From Chitinophagaceae bacterium (lineage in GTDB: Bacteria; Bacteroidota; Bacteroidia; Chitinophagales; Chitinophagaceae), in the NCBI GenBank assembly GCA_039932855.1, contig JBDTPD010000001.1, positions 1 to 52,828 of the forward strand: DNA of 52,828 bases, given 5' to 3'. This document shows, piece after piece, positions 29,442 to 38,885 of this stretch (its first letter is position 1; each line of letters begins with the position of its first letter). Position numbers and translations under genes: made by a program. The notes under the pieces were generated by a model that was not told where the DNA came from, made no database searches, and saw only the letters and a program-made list of their open reading frames with translations.

Positions 29442-29672
29442 AACGGATGCACGGATCGCCTTCGGCGATATAATCATACTATCAGGCTGACCCTTAGCCC
29501 ATGGTTTCAACCATGGGTTGATGAAAATATCAGAACTAATGATAAAACCATAATGGTTGATATCCTGCAACCCATGGTTGAAACCATGGGCTAAGGGTCA
29601 GCCTGTTTATGTTACCATTAAAACTTCTATACATCAAATCAATATCGCGGTAGGCGATCCGTGCCTCCGTGG
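29442..29672. repeat. nested inverted-repeat element, 'cacggat / cccatggtt' family (copy 3)
   Basis: The outer arm 'aacggatgcacggatcgcc' pairs with 'ggcgatccgtgcctccgtgg'. The inner arm 'ggctgacccttagcccatggtttcaaccatggg' pairs with 'cccatggttgaaaccatgggctaagggtcagcc'. Confidence 0.85.
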
Positions 29673-29677
29673 TTAAA

Positions 29678-30031
29678 TCATTTTACAGCTTTCTTCAACA
29701 TATCTACAGATTTCTTATCGTTGCCAATAAATATCTTTTCATTGATGATCGTCACTGGTCGTTTGAGAAAGGTATATTCTTCCAGAATGAAGTTGCGGTA
29801 GTCTTTTTCATCCAGTTTTTTATCTTTTAACCCCAATTCTTTGTATTTCATAGCGCGCCGGCTGAATAGTGATTCATAGCTACCACTCATCTTTTTCATT
29901 TCATCCAGTTGCGTGGCTGTGATCTTTTCAAACTTTATATCCTGCATGTCAAAGCCTTTCTTATCTACCCCGGTTTCTTTAATAATAGCCTGGCAGGTGG
30001 TACAATTGCCAAGGTGATATATTTTCTTCAT
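29678..30031 (-). CDS. ArsC/Spx-family (arsenate-reductase-like) thioredoxin-fold protein
   Basis: 117 aa with the N-terminal motif 'LGNCTTCQ'. The length and layout are typical of the ArsC/YffB family. Confidence 0.7.
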   Translation of the reverse strand: MKKIYHLGNCTTCQAIIKETGVDKKGFDMQDIKFEKITATQLDEMKKMSGSYESLFSRRAMKYKELGLKDKKLDEKDYRNFILEEYTFLKRPVTIINEKIFIGNDKKSVDMLKKAVK

Positions 30032-30068
30032 CGTAAATGCTTTACTTTGTATCCTTTATTTTTATTTT

Positions 30069-30797
30069 ATGAGCAAAGATGAAGTTTTTAAGGGCGAAAT
30101 AGAGCAAGCCAGCGATTTTAAGTTTGGCGCCAACGTAGCAAAAGTGTTTGATGATATGGTAAACCGTTCGGTGCCATTCTATGGCGAGATTCAGCGGATG
30201 ATGGCTGAGCTGGCGGCGGACCATGCAAAAGAAGGAACGGATGTATATGACCTTGGTTGTTCTACCGGCACTACTATGATCGGTATGGATACGATGGTAA
30301 ATCAGAATATCCGTTTTGTTGGTATCGATGATTCGCAGGAGATGCTGGACAAATGCAAATCGAAATTACTGGAGCTTGGTTTTTCACGCGACTATGATCT
30401 TCGTTGTGTTGATCTGAGTACTGGCGTAAATGTTTCCAATGCATCCGTTGTTGTATTGTGCCTGACGCTTCAGTTTGTACGCCCTATCTATCGTGAGAAA
30501 TTATTGAAAGACATATTCGATGGCCTCAATCCGGGTGGTGCATTGATATTAGTAGAAAAGATCTTAGCGGAAGAAAGCAATTTCAACCGTGATTTTATTG
30601 AATACTATTATAATTACAAGCGTCGCAATAACTACAGCGAATTAGAAATTTCTCAAAAAAGAGAAGCATTGGAAAATGTATTGATCCCTTACAAACTCAC
30701 CGAGGATATTACCTTGTTGCGTGATCGTGGCTTTGCACATTGTGAAGTTTTCTTCAAGTGGTATAATTTCGCAGGAATCATTGCGGTAAAAAAGTGA
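30069..30797 (+). CDS. cmoA: carboxy-S-adenosyl-L-methionine synthase
   Basis: 242 aa, collinear with E. coli CmoA as I recall it. Shared blocks are 'VFDDMVNRSVPFY', 'VYDLGCSTG', 'LQFV', 'LNPGGALILVEK' and 'NYSELEISQKREALENVL'. Confidence 0.9.
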   Translation: MSKDEVFKGEIEQASDFKFGANVAKVFDDMVNRSVPFYGEIQRMMAELAADHAKEGTDVYDLGCSTGTTMIGMDTMVNQNIRFVGIDDSQEMLDKCKSKLLELGFSRDYDLRCVDLSTGVNVSNASVVVLCLTLQFVRPIYREKLLKDIFDGLNPGGALILVEKILAEESNFNRDFIEYYYNYKRRNNYSELEISQKREALENVLIPYKLTEDITLLRDRGFAHCEVFFKWYNFAGIIAVKK

Positions 30798-30807
30798 ACG
30801 CAGAAAT

Positions 30808-30887
30808 GATGAATTATGAGTTATGAATTCAGAATATGGCGTGACATGATAAGCACATTCTTAATTCTCCATTCATAACTCATAATT
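30808..30887. repeat. hairpin of the 'cataactcataatt' family (copy 1)
   Basis: The arm 'gaattatgagttatgaat' (30811-30828) pairs with 'attcataactcataatt' (30871-30887). Confidence 0.8.
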
Positions 30888-30911
30888 ATACTGAACATCC
30901 AACTTTCAACT

Positions 30912-31634
30912 ATGGTCTCTATCGGTAATTTTTTCTTTAAGTACCGCAACTGGATCTTTATCATTTTCTATGCGGCATTGTTTATTCCGTCATGGAAAAT
31001 ATTTACACCCGAACAATTTGGTGAGCACTATTATGTATGGCCGATCACGATTGGTTTGTTTGTAACCATACTTGGTCAATTGATCCGTGGATTAACTATC
31101 GGTCTTGCCTATATCGTTCGTGGTGGTAAAGAAGGAAAACCTTATGCAGAAGGATTGGTGACTGAGGGAATTTTTAATCATTGCCGCAATCCGTTGTATG
31201 TCGGCAATATCCTGATGTTGCTTGGTGTTGGAATTCTTGCCAATTCTTTAGTGTATGTAGCAATTGTGATCCCTATTTTTCTTTTTGTATACCAGGCGAT
31301 CGTGTTGGCGGAAGAAAATTTTTTACGGGGAAAGTTCGGTGCTGGTTATGATGAATATCGTAAAAAAGTAAATCGTTGGTGGCCGAGACTCAGCGGCCTT
31401 GGTCATACACTGAAGGGTATGCATTTTAACTGGAAGCGCTGGATATTAAAGGAACATACTACTCAATTCATCTGGCTGATCGGTATTACGCTGATCCTGC
31501 TCTATATCTATCCCGAACTCACTGGTGGCGATGACCGGTTGAGAAATCTGCTAACAGGTGTTGTTCTTGGAATTTTATTACTTCTTTATGTGATGATCAG
31601 GTTTTTGAAAAAAACAGGGAGATTTAAGGAGTAA
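30912..31634 (+). CDS. isoprenylcysteine carboxyl methyltransferase (ICMT)/phospholipid methyltransferase-family membrane protein
   Basis: 240 aa, multi-TM, with 'GIFNHCRNPLYVGNIL', typical of the ICMT/PEMT family. Confidence 0.7.
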   Translation: MVSIGNFFFKYRNWIFIIFYAALFIPSWKIFTPEQFGEHYYVWPITIGLFVTILGQLIRGLTIGLAYIVRGGKEGKPYAEGLVTEGIFNHCRNPLYVGNILMLLGVGILANSLVYVAIVIPIFLFVYQAIVLAEENFLRGKFGAGYDEYRKKVNRWWPRLSGLGHTLKGMHFNWKRWILKEHTTQFIWLIGITLILLYIYPELTGGDDRLRNLLTGVVLGILLLLYVMIRFLKKTGRFKE

Positions 31635-31641
31635 GAAACGT

Positions 31642-31776
31642 TGTCTGAACCGGGATTTGGGAGGATTTATGGATGATCAGGTTTACTGGTCACCTGGATA
31701 CTTCTCCCTGAACTCTTGATCTTCAGCTTATAAATCTGATTAATCCAAAAAATCCTCCCAAATCCCGGTTCAGACA
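31642..31776. repeat. inverted repeat with perfect 27-bp arms
   Basis: 'tgtctgaaccgggatttgggaggattt' (31642-31668) pairs with its exact reverse complement at 31750-31776. Confidence 0.85.
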
Positions 31777-31867
31777 TCCATTGCAGACAACAATCCCGAC
31801 TATTTGTTGTTATTTTTGCACTGTTCGCCACAACCTTATTTGAGGCGGACAACCTAAATTTCGAGCT

Positions 31868-32464
31868 ATGATCAAAACAGGAAACCCTATTATCAGCATT
31901 TACACGGAGATGACCCCAAACCCGGAAACGATGAAGTTTGTGGCCAATAAGCTCCTTTATCCGGGCAAAAGCATCGATTTTCCTGACGCTGACAGCGCAA
32001 AACCTTCTCCTCTTGCTGTAGAGCTGTTTGGTTTTCCATTTATTAAAGCCGTGTTCATCGCCAGCAATTTTGTGACGATGACAAAGACGCCTGATGCAGA
32101 ATGGAATGATGTGATCCCTGCTATCCGCCAGTTTTTGAAAGAATACCTGGAGGATGGAAAAGAGGTGATCAATGAAGATGAAGTGGTGCATATCAAAAAA
32201 GAAAGCAGCAACGAAGTATTGGCTGATGATGATGATGTGGTAAAGCGTATCAAAGAATTATTGGAGAATTATGTAAAACCAGCCGTTGAGATGGATGGTG
32301 GTGCTATACAATTTAAAAGTTATGATGAAGGCGTAGTAAACCTGATGTTGCAGGGAAGCTGCAGCGGTTGTCCTTCTTCTATGATCACATTGAAAGCTGG
32401 TATTGAAGGAATGATGAAGAGAATGATACCGGAAGTGAAAGAAGTGGTAGCGGAAGCGGAGTAA
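31868..32464 (+). CDS. NifU/Nfu-family Fe-S cluster scaffold/carrier protein
   Basis: 198 aa with an Nfu_N-like N-domain ('TPNPETMKF') and a C-terminal NifU domain carrying 'GSCSGCPSS'. Confidence 0.85.
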   Translation: MIKTGNPIISIYTEMTPNPETMKFVANKLLYPGKSIDFPDADSAKPSPLAVELFGFPFIKAVFIASNFVTMTKTPDAEWNDVIPAIRQFLKEYLEDGKEVINEDEVVHIKKESSNEVLADDDDVVKRIKELLENYVKPAVEMDGGAIQFKSYDEGVVNLMLQGSCSGCPSSMITLKAGIEGMMKRMIPEVKEVVAEAE

Positions 32465-32521
32465 TCTTAATTATAAACGATTTTACAGATAGAGCAGTCA
32501 TAATATGGCTGCTTTTTTGTT

Positions 32522-32602
32522 TCACGCAAAGGCGCTAAGGTTTCGCGAAGGCGCAAAGAGTCTCTTGTATTCTTTGCGTTTCTTCTTTGCATCTTTGCGT
32601 GA
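32522..32602. repeat. imperfect inverted repeat ('cacgcaaag…ctttgcgtg')
   Basis: 'tcacgcaaag' (32522-32531) pairs with 'ctttgcgtga' (32593-32602), and there are internal 'gcgcaaagag/tctttgcgt' pairs. The element lies between convergent genes. Confidence 0.6.
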
Positions 32603-32607
32603 AACTC

Positions 32608-33732
32608 TTACTCAGTAAACTTCCAATTGACATTTCGTTGCTTGAGATAATTGATAACAAAATCAAAACACTCTTTGTATTTCCCTACTAACTCTGGCGG
32701 GAAGACGCCTTTCTCCGTAAACATTTTTTTTGCAATAAGATTGACAGCAGCTGTACAGGTATACCCTGTTGTACGGGCCATGGAAGAAGTTTTGCCCGCC
32801 ACATCATAACGATCAAATAAATCATAGGTGACGGTTTTCTCTTTTCCATCCTTTTCACCTTTGACAATTACTTTCATGACGGTGAACTCTTCTTCTTCCG
32901 CTCCTAATTTCCATTCATTTACCAGTAAGCGCGATGTAAATTCTAACGGGCTAACATCTGCATGTTGAATACGCAAAGGTTGTGTATCGAAGAAGCCCGC
33001 CATTTTTAATGCCATGATCAGATCGATATGTCCGGGATAGCGAAGCGTTTTCTCTTTCATATCGGGAATATGTCCCATGGTATAGATCAGTGAGCGAAGG
33101 CCATCTGTATTGAATGCTTCCAGTTCACCTGCCTGATCGAAGGTGATCATCTCCCGATCGCTTAAGGCAGGTTTAGTAACGATCTGTCCGTTCTCTACTA
33201 ATCGTGCCGGACGAATATATTCCTGGATAACATCTACGGGTGAAAAAGGAGCTTTGTATTGAAACGGAGGTTTTTTTTCTACTGGTAATCCTCCCACATA
33301 ACATTCAAACGACATTACTTTCATTTCTTCATTATAGCGACCAAGAATAAAATTGCTGACACCTGGCGCTACTCCGCAATCAGTAATGACGGTTACGTTT
33401 TTTTCTTTTGCTAACTTATCTAACTGCAATACATCCTCGGGGAAAAAAGAAATATCTACTACATTCTTACCAGTATTAATGACTGCTTCTAATGTTTCGT
33501 AACCCATGAAACCGGGAACAGCTGTCACTACCAGGTCAAAAGGAAGAAGGAAGTCTTGGTATAATTTATAATCGGAAAGATCAACGGCAGCTGTTGCAAT
33601 GCCTGCGTTCCTTTTTTTTAGTTCTTCCAGGTTCTCTTTGCTCAGATCAAAAGCAGTAACGGTATGTTCTTTCGCAAGATCCAGTGCAATAGCGCGTCCA
33701 ACCATTCCGGCACCGAGTATGGCAATCATCAT
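32608..33732 (-). CDS. saccharopine dehydrogenase-family NAD(P)-binding protein
   Basis: 374 aa with the Rossmann motif 'ILGAGMVGRAIA' and a Sacchrp_dh C-terminal-like region. Confidence 0.8.
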   Translation of the reverse strand: MMIAILGAGMVGRAIALDLAKEHTVTAFDLSKENLEELKKRNAGIATAAVDLSDYKLYQDFLLPFDLVVTAVPGFMGYETLEAVINTGKNVVDISFFPEDVLQLDKLAKEKNVTVITDCGVAPGVSNFILGRYNEEMKVMSFECYVGGLPVEKKPPFQYKAPFSPVDVIQEYIRPARLVENGQIVTKPALSDREMITFDQAGELEAFNTDGLRSLIYTMGHIPDMKEKTLRYPGHIDLIMALKMAGFFDTQPLRIQHADVSPLEFTSRLLVNEWKLGAEEEEFTVMKVIVKGEKDGKEKTVTYDLFDRYDVAGKTSSMARTTGYTCTAAVNLIAKKMFTEKGVFPPELVGKYKECFDFVINYLKQRNVNWKFTE

Positions 33733-33818
33733 AAATTCAAAATTAAAAAGTCAAAAAGAGAAGCAGTTGGCAGTCGGCAGTCTGCCTCTGACATAAGTGA
33801 AAGTAATAAAGGTCCGGA

Positions 33819-34262
33819 TTATTCATCAAGCAATTTTTCAATTCTTTGCCTGGTTATTTTATTTTGTTCGTCTGCGGCTATTTCTATTTCATCAGCCGGG
33901 TCATTGGATAATCTTTCTTTTAAGAGTAATAATATCTCTTCGGCTGATTGTCCGGTATCAGCAACGATAAAAGTGTAACCGAACATCTTTTCATATTGTT
34001 GATTGGCTGTTGCTAACTCTTGTATGATTTGTGGAGATGCAGTAACTGTGTCATTGACCTTCGAATGTCGTGCAAACGCTTCTTTCCAATCTATTGGTGA
34101 ACATTGATACCATTGTTCTTCTGCATCTTCTAATAATTCTACCAGGTCATCAGCCGGAAAAAAAGGAAGCATCTTATATACCCAGGCTGTTGAACCACAG
34201 CAGTTGGCCAATTCAGTGATGAGTTGCTGTTTTGACAAGGTATTTAGTTCATGTAAGGTCAT
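33819..34262 (-). CDS. uraD: 2-oxo-4-hydroxy-4-carboxy-5-ureidoimidazoline (OHCU) decarboxylase-like protein
   Basis: 147 aa. The blocks 'LN…Y…FGYTFIV…G.SAEEIL..LKERL.N' and the C-terminal 'EI…KITRQRIEKL' resemble the OHCU decarboxylase layout. The His-Pro motif is replaced ('ARHSKV'), so activity is uncertain. Confidence 0.6.
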   Translation of the reverse strand: MTLHELNTLSKQQLITELANCCGSTAWVYKMLPFFPADDLVELLEDAEEQWYQCSPIDWKEAFARHSKVNDTVTASPQIIQELATANQQYEKMFGYTFIVADTGQSAEEILLLLKERLSNDPADEIEIAADEQNKITRQRIEKLLDE

Positions 34263-34410
34263 ATAGTGAGTGGTGTGTCGTGAGTCATGAGTCGTGAATA
34301 GTGAGCAGGGTACTACGATTGTGAATCTATTTATTTTTGTATTGCTTAACTATCTGCAAATCTGCTGCCGGATTAACAAAGGACGTCTTCGAAACAGAGA
34401 GTACTAAAGC

Positions 34411-34472
34411 AATTAAGAATGTGTTTATCATAACACGCCAGATTCATAATTCTTAATTCATAACTCCTAATT
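34411..34472. repeat. partial element of the 'cataactcataatt' family (copy 2, inverted relative to copy 1)
   Basis: 'aattaagaatgtgtttatcataacacgcc' is the reverse complement of the copy-1 core 'ggcgtgacatgataagcacattcttaatt', with a few mismatches. It is followed by 'attcataactcctaatt'. Confidence 0.65.
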
Positions 34473-34652
34473 GATCCCTGAATTCTTGACCTCTATCAAT
34501 CCCTATCCCTCATTCTAGGGGTTAACCATTTATTTCCTGGGGTGTATTCACTAAAATATATATAACTACCTAACAGTCATTTGATTCATGGAGGTTTTTG
34601 TATTGCTTCGTTGTCTGATCGATTTAAATAACCCGTCCATAATCCGATACTT

Positions 34653-35204
34653 ATGAAGAGAGCCTTATCCTTTTTTTTACCCCTTTGTCTTCTTTTTATA
34701 AAATCTCATTCCCAAACAACGATATCTCCTGTATCGGCTGAGGGTGTATATTTTACCGCTATTTTTTTTAGTGTTCCTGAATATAGTTCGGGTATTACCG
34801 ATGGCAATGAACATCGTTCCGGATCAGCCGGATATATTCATCAATCACCGACGCCTGCCGGTACTACAGTGATGAATAAAAAAGTGAGTGTTCCTTTTAA
34901 CCTGTATAATCCGAATGATAGTACGTTACCGGTCAATGTGCGGGTGTTTGTGGATTGGAATGGAGATAATGACTTCGATGATAAGGATGAGCTGGTATAT
35001 GATTTTGATTATAATATTTATGGGCATACAAGTTTTGGGACCAGTGCTTGCTGGAAAAATTCGATGACACCTATTTCATCGGTGAATGTACGATTTGCGG
35101 TGCGCCAGGGTGGAGAGAAAGCAGATGCGTATGGAGGATATACTGGGGAGATAGAAGATTATAAGTTGGATCTGATTTCGGATGTGGGATTGGTAGTGAG
35201 GTAA
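34653..35204 (+). CDS. secreted hypothetical protein with GEVED-like C-terminal motif
   Basis: 183 aa with a signal peptide. 'VFVDWNGDNDFDD' and 'GEIEDYKL' resemble the GEVED domain. Confidence 0.5.
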   Translation: MKRALSFFLPLCLLFIKSHSQTTISPVSAEGVYFTAIFFSVPEYSSGITDGNEHRSGSAGYIHQSPTPAGTTVMNKKVSVPFNLYNPNDSTLPVNVRVFVDWNGDNDFDDKDELVYDFDYNIYGHTSFGTSACWKNSMTPISSVNVRFAVRQGGEKADAYGGYTGEIEDYKLDLISDVGLVVR

Positions 35205-35252
35205 TCTTCTTTGTTATTTAAATACGTTAGTTAGGGTTGTTTATTGGATAAG

Positions 35253-35283
35253 CACCTTCGTGAAAGCGAAGGTGTTTTTTTGT
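35253..35283 (+). terminator. Rho-independent terminator at the left edge of the accessory block
   Basis: The stem is 'caccttcg tgaaag cgaaggtg', followed by a T9 run. Confidence 0.7.
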
Positions 35284-35396
35284 TAAAGTATGCATCTTTT
35301 GCTTCTAAAGATTTAATCTCAGTTATAAATAAGTGCCGGATTATTATAATATTCTCAAAATCCTTTTTAATTTGATCCACTAAACCTTAACCACCT

Positions 35397-37298
35397 ATGG
35401 GTATTTCATGGAAATGGGGTGCCGAGGAGAAACGAAAAGGAGATGAAGGATTCAATAATGCAGGCATTCTAACCTTTAGCAGTCATACGATTAATTCTTT
35501 TGTAAGAGAATTGTTTCAGAACTCCAATGACGCCAAGCAAAAAGGCGCAAAAAAAGTATCAATTAAAATTGAGCAAAAGAATATTGACAGAAGCGATATC
35601 CCGGAATTCAGAAGCTATCGTGATATTCTAGACGCTGTTGAAAAATCCCATCCTAAGCAAAAAAGATTTTATAAATCTGCTAATAGCCTTCTGAATAATA
35701 TCAGGATTCCTTTCCTGGTCTATTCAGATTATCAAACCATTGGTCTTACGGGTAAAGAAAGCGACAGCAATTCCAGTTTTATGGCTTGTGTCCTATCTGA
35801 GGGTATTTCCGCTAAAGAATCCGACACTGCAGGAGGTTCATATGGTATTGGAAAAAATGCAATCTACGGCTTATCAGCCTTGAGAACAGTGTTCTATTCA
35901 TCTATGAACACTTCGGAAAATTGCATATTTCAGGGTGTTGCTAAACTAGCTTCCTACAGGATGCATAAGGTCAATCACGAAGGAAGAATATATCTCGGAG
36001 AAGGTGAAGAAAGGTTATCTGTCAGAAAACAAAAAGACATTCCAAAAATATTCAAAAGAACAGAACCCGGCCTTTCGCAGTTTGTAATGGGAGTCGAAAT
36101 AAAGCCAGGGTGGCATATTGATTTTACTAAGGCAATACTAAGAAACTACTGGATGCTTCTAATGCAAGACGGTTTGGAAGTTGAATTGTTGGAAAGCGGT
36201 AAGTCTTTGATTACAATAAATTCAAAAAATATTGACACTTTGCTTAAGCAGTATTTTGAGAATTACTCAGACGAACATAGTTTATATCCAAAAGGCAATC
36301 CATATCTTTTCTATGAAGCTTTCAAGGAAGGTGAAAGAATAGAAATGGATATTCCTTTTATAGGAAAATGCAGTTTTTATTATAAGAATAGTGATAGAGG
36401 AGAAAATAACATTGCTTATCTAAGGAATGGAATGGTAATCTATAGTGATATCGAGAAACGGCTTATAGGAGCAACTGTCACTGGTGTTTTTAAATGTGAA
36501 TCCGATGCAGGCAATGAAATTCTAAGGACAATGGAACCACCCAAGCATGATAGTTTTGAGCCGGAAGTTCTTGAAAGTAATCATAATGATCTAACAAAAA
36601 TACAAGGGCAGAAAATTTTAAACTCAATAAAGAAAAATATCAGAGATACCATCAAAAGTCTGATCGAAAAATTTAAAGAAGTAACTGAGACACCAATTTT
36701 TTTAACAGAATTGTTTGAGGATTTACAAAAATCAATTGTTAGTGGAAACAAAGGAGCCAGAAAAAATGAAAGTAGTCAAACTGAAACTATTTATAGAAAA
36801 GCTGTTGAAGATGAAATAGCAATCTCCTTACATTCTGAACAGGAGAATTCTTATGTCAGTAATGTCAACGGTACTACGACAGGCCCTGGTGGAACACCCT
36901 TAAAAGAGAAGAAAAAGACGGATACTCCGAAAAATAAAGAGAAAAAGAATGTTGGTCCCGGAAACAGAACTGCCAAAAAGTATCCTATTAAAAGCAGGAT
37001 CTATTACTTACGTGAGAAAAATGGAAAGAATATTTATAAAGCAATCATTTCATCTGAGGCAGTACTTGGTGATACAGAACTCGGACTCGCTCAATATGCA
37101 GATTCCGGCTCAGATATAGCTTTTGAATTGTCTGGTATAACTGATGCAGATGGCAGCAAGATATCATTTAATGAAGTGAAGGATACCGATGGTCTGGTGT
37201 CAGAATATAAATTCTTCATTAATGTAAAAGAAGGAAAGAATATTTTTTTTCTAGAGGTTTATGACAATTATAAATCAGCATTCATAATAAACGGATAA
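35397..37298 (+). CDS. GHKL-superfamily (Hsp90/MORC/sacsin-like) ATPase with a large uncharacterised C-terminal region
   Basis: 633 aa. The Bergerat-fold motifs are the N-box 'RELFQNSNDA' (aa 37-46, ExxxNxxD), a degenerate G1 'SDYQTIGLTG' (aa 110-119) and the G2 'GGSYGIGKNA' (aa 146-155). A Lys-rich low-complexity linker lies at about aa 495-530. The remainder is unassigned. Confidence 0.6.
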   Translation: MGISWKWGAEEKRKGDEGFNNAGILTFSSHTINSFVRELFQNSNDAKQKGAKKVSIKIEQKNIDRSDIPEFRSYRDILDAVEKSHPKQKRFYKSANSLLNNIRIPFLVYSDYQTIGLTGKESDSNSSFMACVLSEGISAKESDTAGGSYGIGKNAIYGLSALRTVFYSSMNTSENCIFQGVAKLASYRMHKVNHEGRIYLGEGEERLSVRKQKDIPKIFKRTEPGLSQFVMGVEIKPGWHIDFTKAILRNYWMLLMQDGLEVELLESGKSLITINSKNIDTLLKQYFENYSDEHSLYPKGNPYLFYEAFKEGERIEMDIPFIGKCSFYYKNSDRGENNIAYLRNGMVIYSDIEKRLIGATVTGVFKCESDAGNEILRTMEPPKHDSFEPEVLESNHNDLTKIQGQKILNSIKKNIRDTIKSLIEKFKEVTETPIFLTELFEDLQKSIVSGNKGARKNESSQTETIYRKAVEDEIAISLHSEQENSYVSNVNGTTTGPGGTPLKEKKKTDTPKNKEKKNVGPGNRTAKKYPIKSRIYYLREKNGKNIYKAIISSEAVLGDTELGLAQYADSGSDIAFELSGITDADGSKISFNEVKDTDGLVSEYKFFINVKEGKNIFFLEVYDNYKSAFIING

Positions 37299-37302
37299 AA
37301 CT

Positions 37303-38148
37303 ATGATACCCGGTAATATATCAATGCCACATCCGGTCCTTGGGATAAATGGTGATATGAAAGAAGGAGCCTTCGATATATCTTTTGTAATTAAGGTTGA
37401 TAAATCAAGCAGAGAGTATGTTATTAAAGACATAAATGTTACGCTGACTAATCCATATATTGGACAGCTTTATAATGAAAAAAAATTACAGCTAATTCTT
37501 AAAATAGGCTGTACCCCTACTTACAAAACCTGGACTGTTGTTGACCCGATAGAAATCAGACTTCCCGAAAATGAAATTGATTTGTTGCTGGAAGTTGAGT
37601 CATTTCTTATTACTGCAGATAAGGTGGACGATTATTTCGACAAAACTTTTGGTGATGTTTTCGATGAAGATCATTTTCAGCTTGAAAAAGGAGATATTGT
37701 TGCTCTAACTGGTTCAAAGAAAGTAATGATTCCTAAAGAAAACGAAAAAGCATCATTGGGCAGCATCTTCAGATTTAAAAAAATCACACCGGAATCAGAT
37801 CATCAGGAGATGCATTTTGAATTTGACGAAGATCAAATCGTTATCAATTATCCTTCGGCAAACAGAGATTACGATCCCGTTACACTTCTATTTGATAAAA
37901 AACAAGGCATGCCCTATATGGCTCTTAGTTTATACATAATTCCTGCCCTGACAGAAGCATTCAGGATAAGAATGGATGAAGAAGAAAAAAGCTATAGCGA
38001 GAATAAGTGGTTTACAATCCTCGAATCGATTCTGCCAGATAGTGAAATGTCAGATGACGCTTTTATTAACGCACAACGAACGATTAAAACCGGTTTGCCA
38101 CTTAATATGGCATTCGATGAATTCATCAATAAAAATTTAAGGGGATGA
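37303..38148 (+). CDS. hypothetical protein (second gene of the GHKL operon)
   Basis: 281-aa acidic protein. It starts 4 nt after the stop of the ATPase gene. I recognise no family or catalytic motif. Confidence 0.5.
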   Translation: MIPGNISMPHPVLGINGDMKEGAFDISFVIKVDKSSREYVIKDINVTLTNPYIGQLYNEKKLQLILKIGCTPTYKTWTVVDPIEIRLPENEIDLLLEVESFLITADKVDDYFDKTFGDVFDEDHFQLEKGDIVALTGSKKVMIPKENEKASLGSIFRFKKITPESDHQEMHFEFDEDQIVINYPSANRDYDPVTLLFDKKQGMPYMALSLYIIPALTEAFRIRMDEEEKSYSENKWFTILESILPDSEMSDDAFINAQRTIKTGLPLNMAFDEFINKNLRG

Positions 38149-38870
38149 TGAAGGTTACTCTTTTCAATAATAATACCTGCCAGGAGCTTTTAAATTACAG
38201 GACAGACTCCTCTATCCGAGATTTATATGACAATGCTAATGAGTTTAATTACGAAAAAGCAGGTCTTATTGCGGATACAATTGATATTGACATTTCAAAA
38301 AAAGAGTTAGATCTGGGAACGAAACCCGGCGATGATCTTGATAATTCAATTAAAATTTACTCTGCATTGAAGCATCTGGATTTGGTTCAGGCAAATGATA
38401 AAAGATTATGGGTTACTTTAACCCACACTTTGTTTTATAAATATGCGATGGAACGATGGAGTTTAAGTGAGTCTTCCAGTAACGATGTTATTAAAGATAG
38501 ATTTCATTTTGAGGGAACAGGACTTAGGGCGAGAAATCAGAATAGCATAGCAAGATTATGGTGGGCGGCTAAAATCACTTATGATGAAAAAAGAAAAGAC
38601 CCATTTGAGTTGACTAAGTTGTTGTGGGAGAAGCAGGATCTTTATCAAAATTTGATTGACAGAAAATTTAGTACTTACAGAGGAACGTTGACTGGTTTTC
38701 TAAATTTTTATTCGGAGCATAAATATCTTGATCTAAAAAAGGATATGAGAAAACTTTTTAAAGGAATTAATGCTTTGGGTGGAGTAAAAATATTATCACT
38801 TTTAGAAGATTCTGATGTCCAGAAGGAGTTACACAGATTATGTAAATTTAATAAAATCAAGCTCAATTGA
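38145..38870 (+). CDS. hypothetical protein (third gene of the GHKL operon)
   Basis: 241 aa. Its ATG overlaps the upstream TGA (ATGA coupling). It has Trp-rich blocks 'KRLWVTLTH' and 'IARLWWAAKITYD'. No family recognised with confidence. Confidence 0.5.
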   Translation: MMKVTLFNNNTCQELLNYRTDSSIRDLYDNANEFNYEKAGLIADTIDIDISKKELDLGTKPGDDLDNSIKIYSALKHLDLVQANDKRLWVTLTHTLFYKYAMERWSLSESSSNDVIKDRFHFEGTGLRARNQNSIARLWWAAKITYDEKRKDPFELTKLLWEKQDLYQNLIDRKFSTYRGTLTGFLNFYSEHKYLDLKKDMRKLFKGINALGGVKILSLLEDSDVQKELHRLCKFNKIKLN

Positions 38871-38885
38871 TTAAGCAAATTTTTA

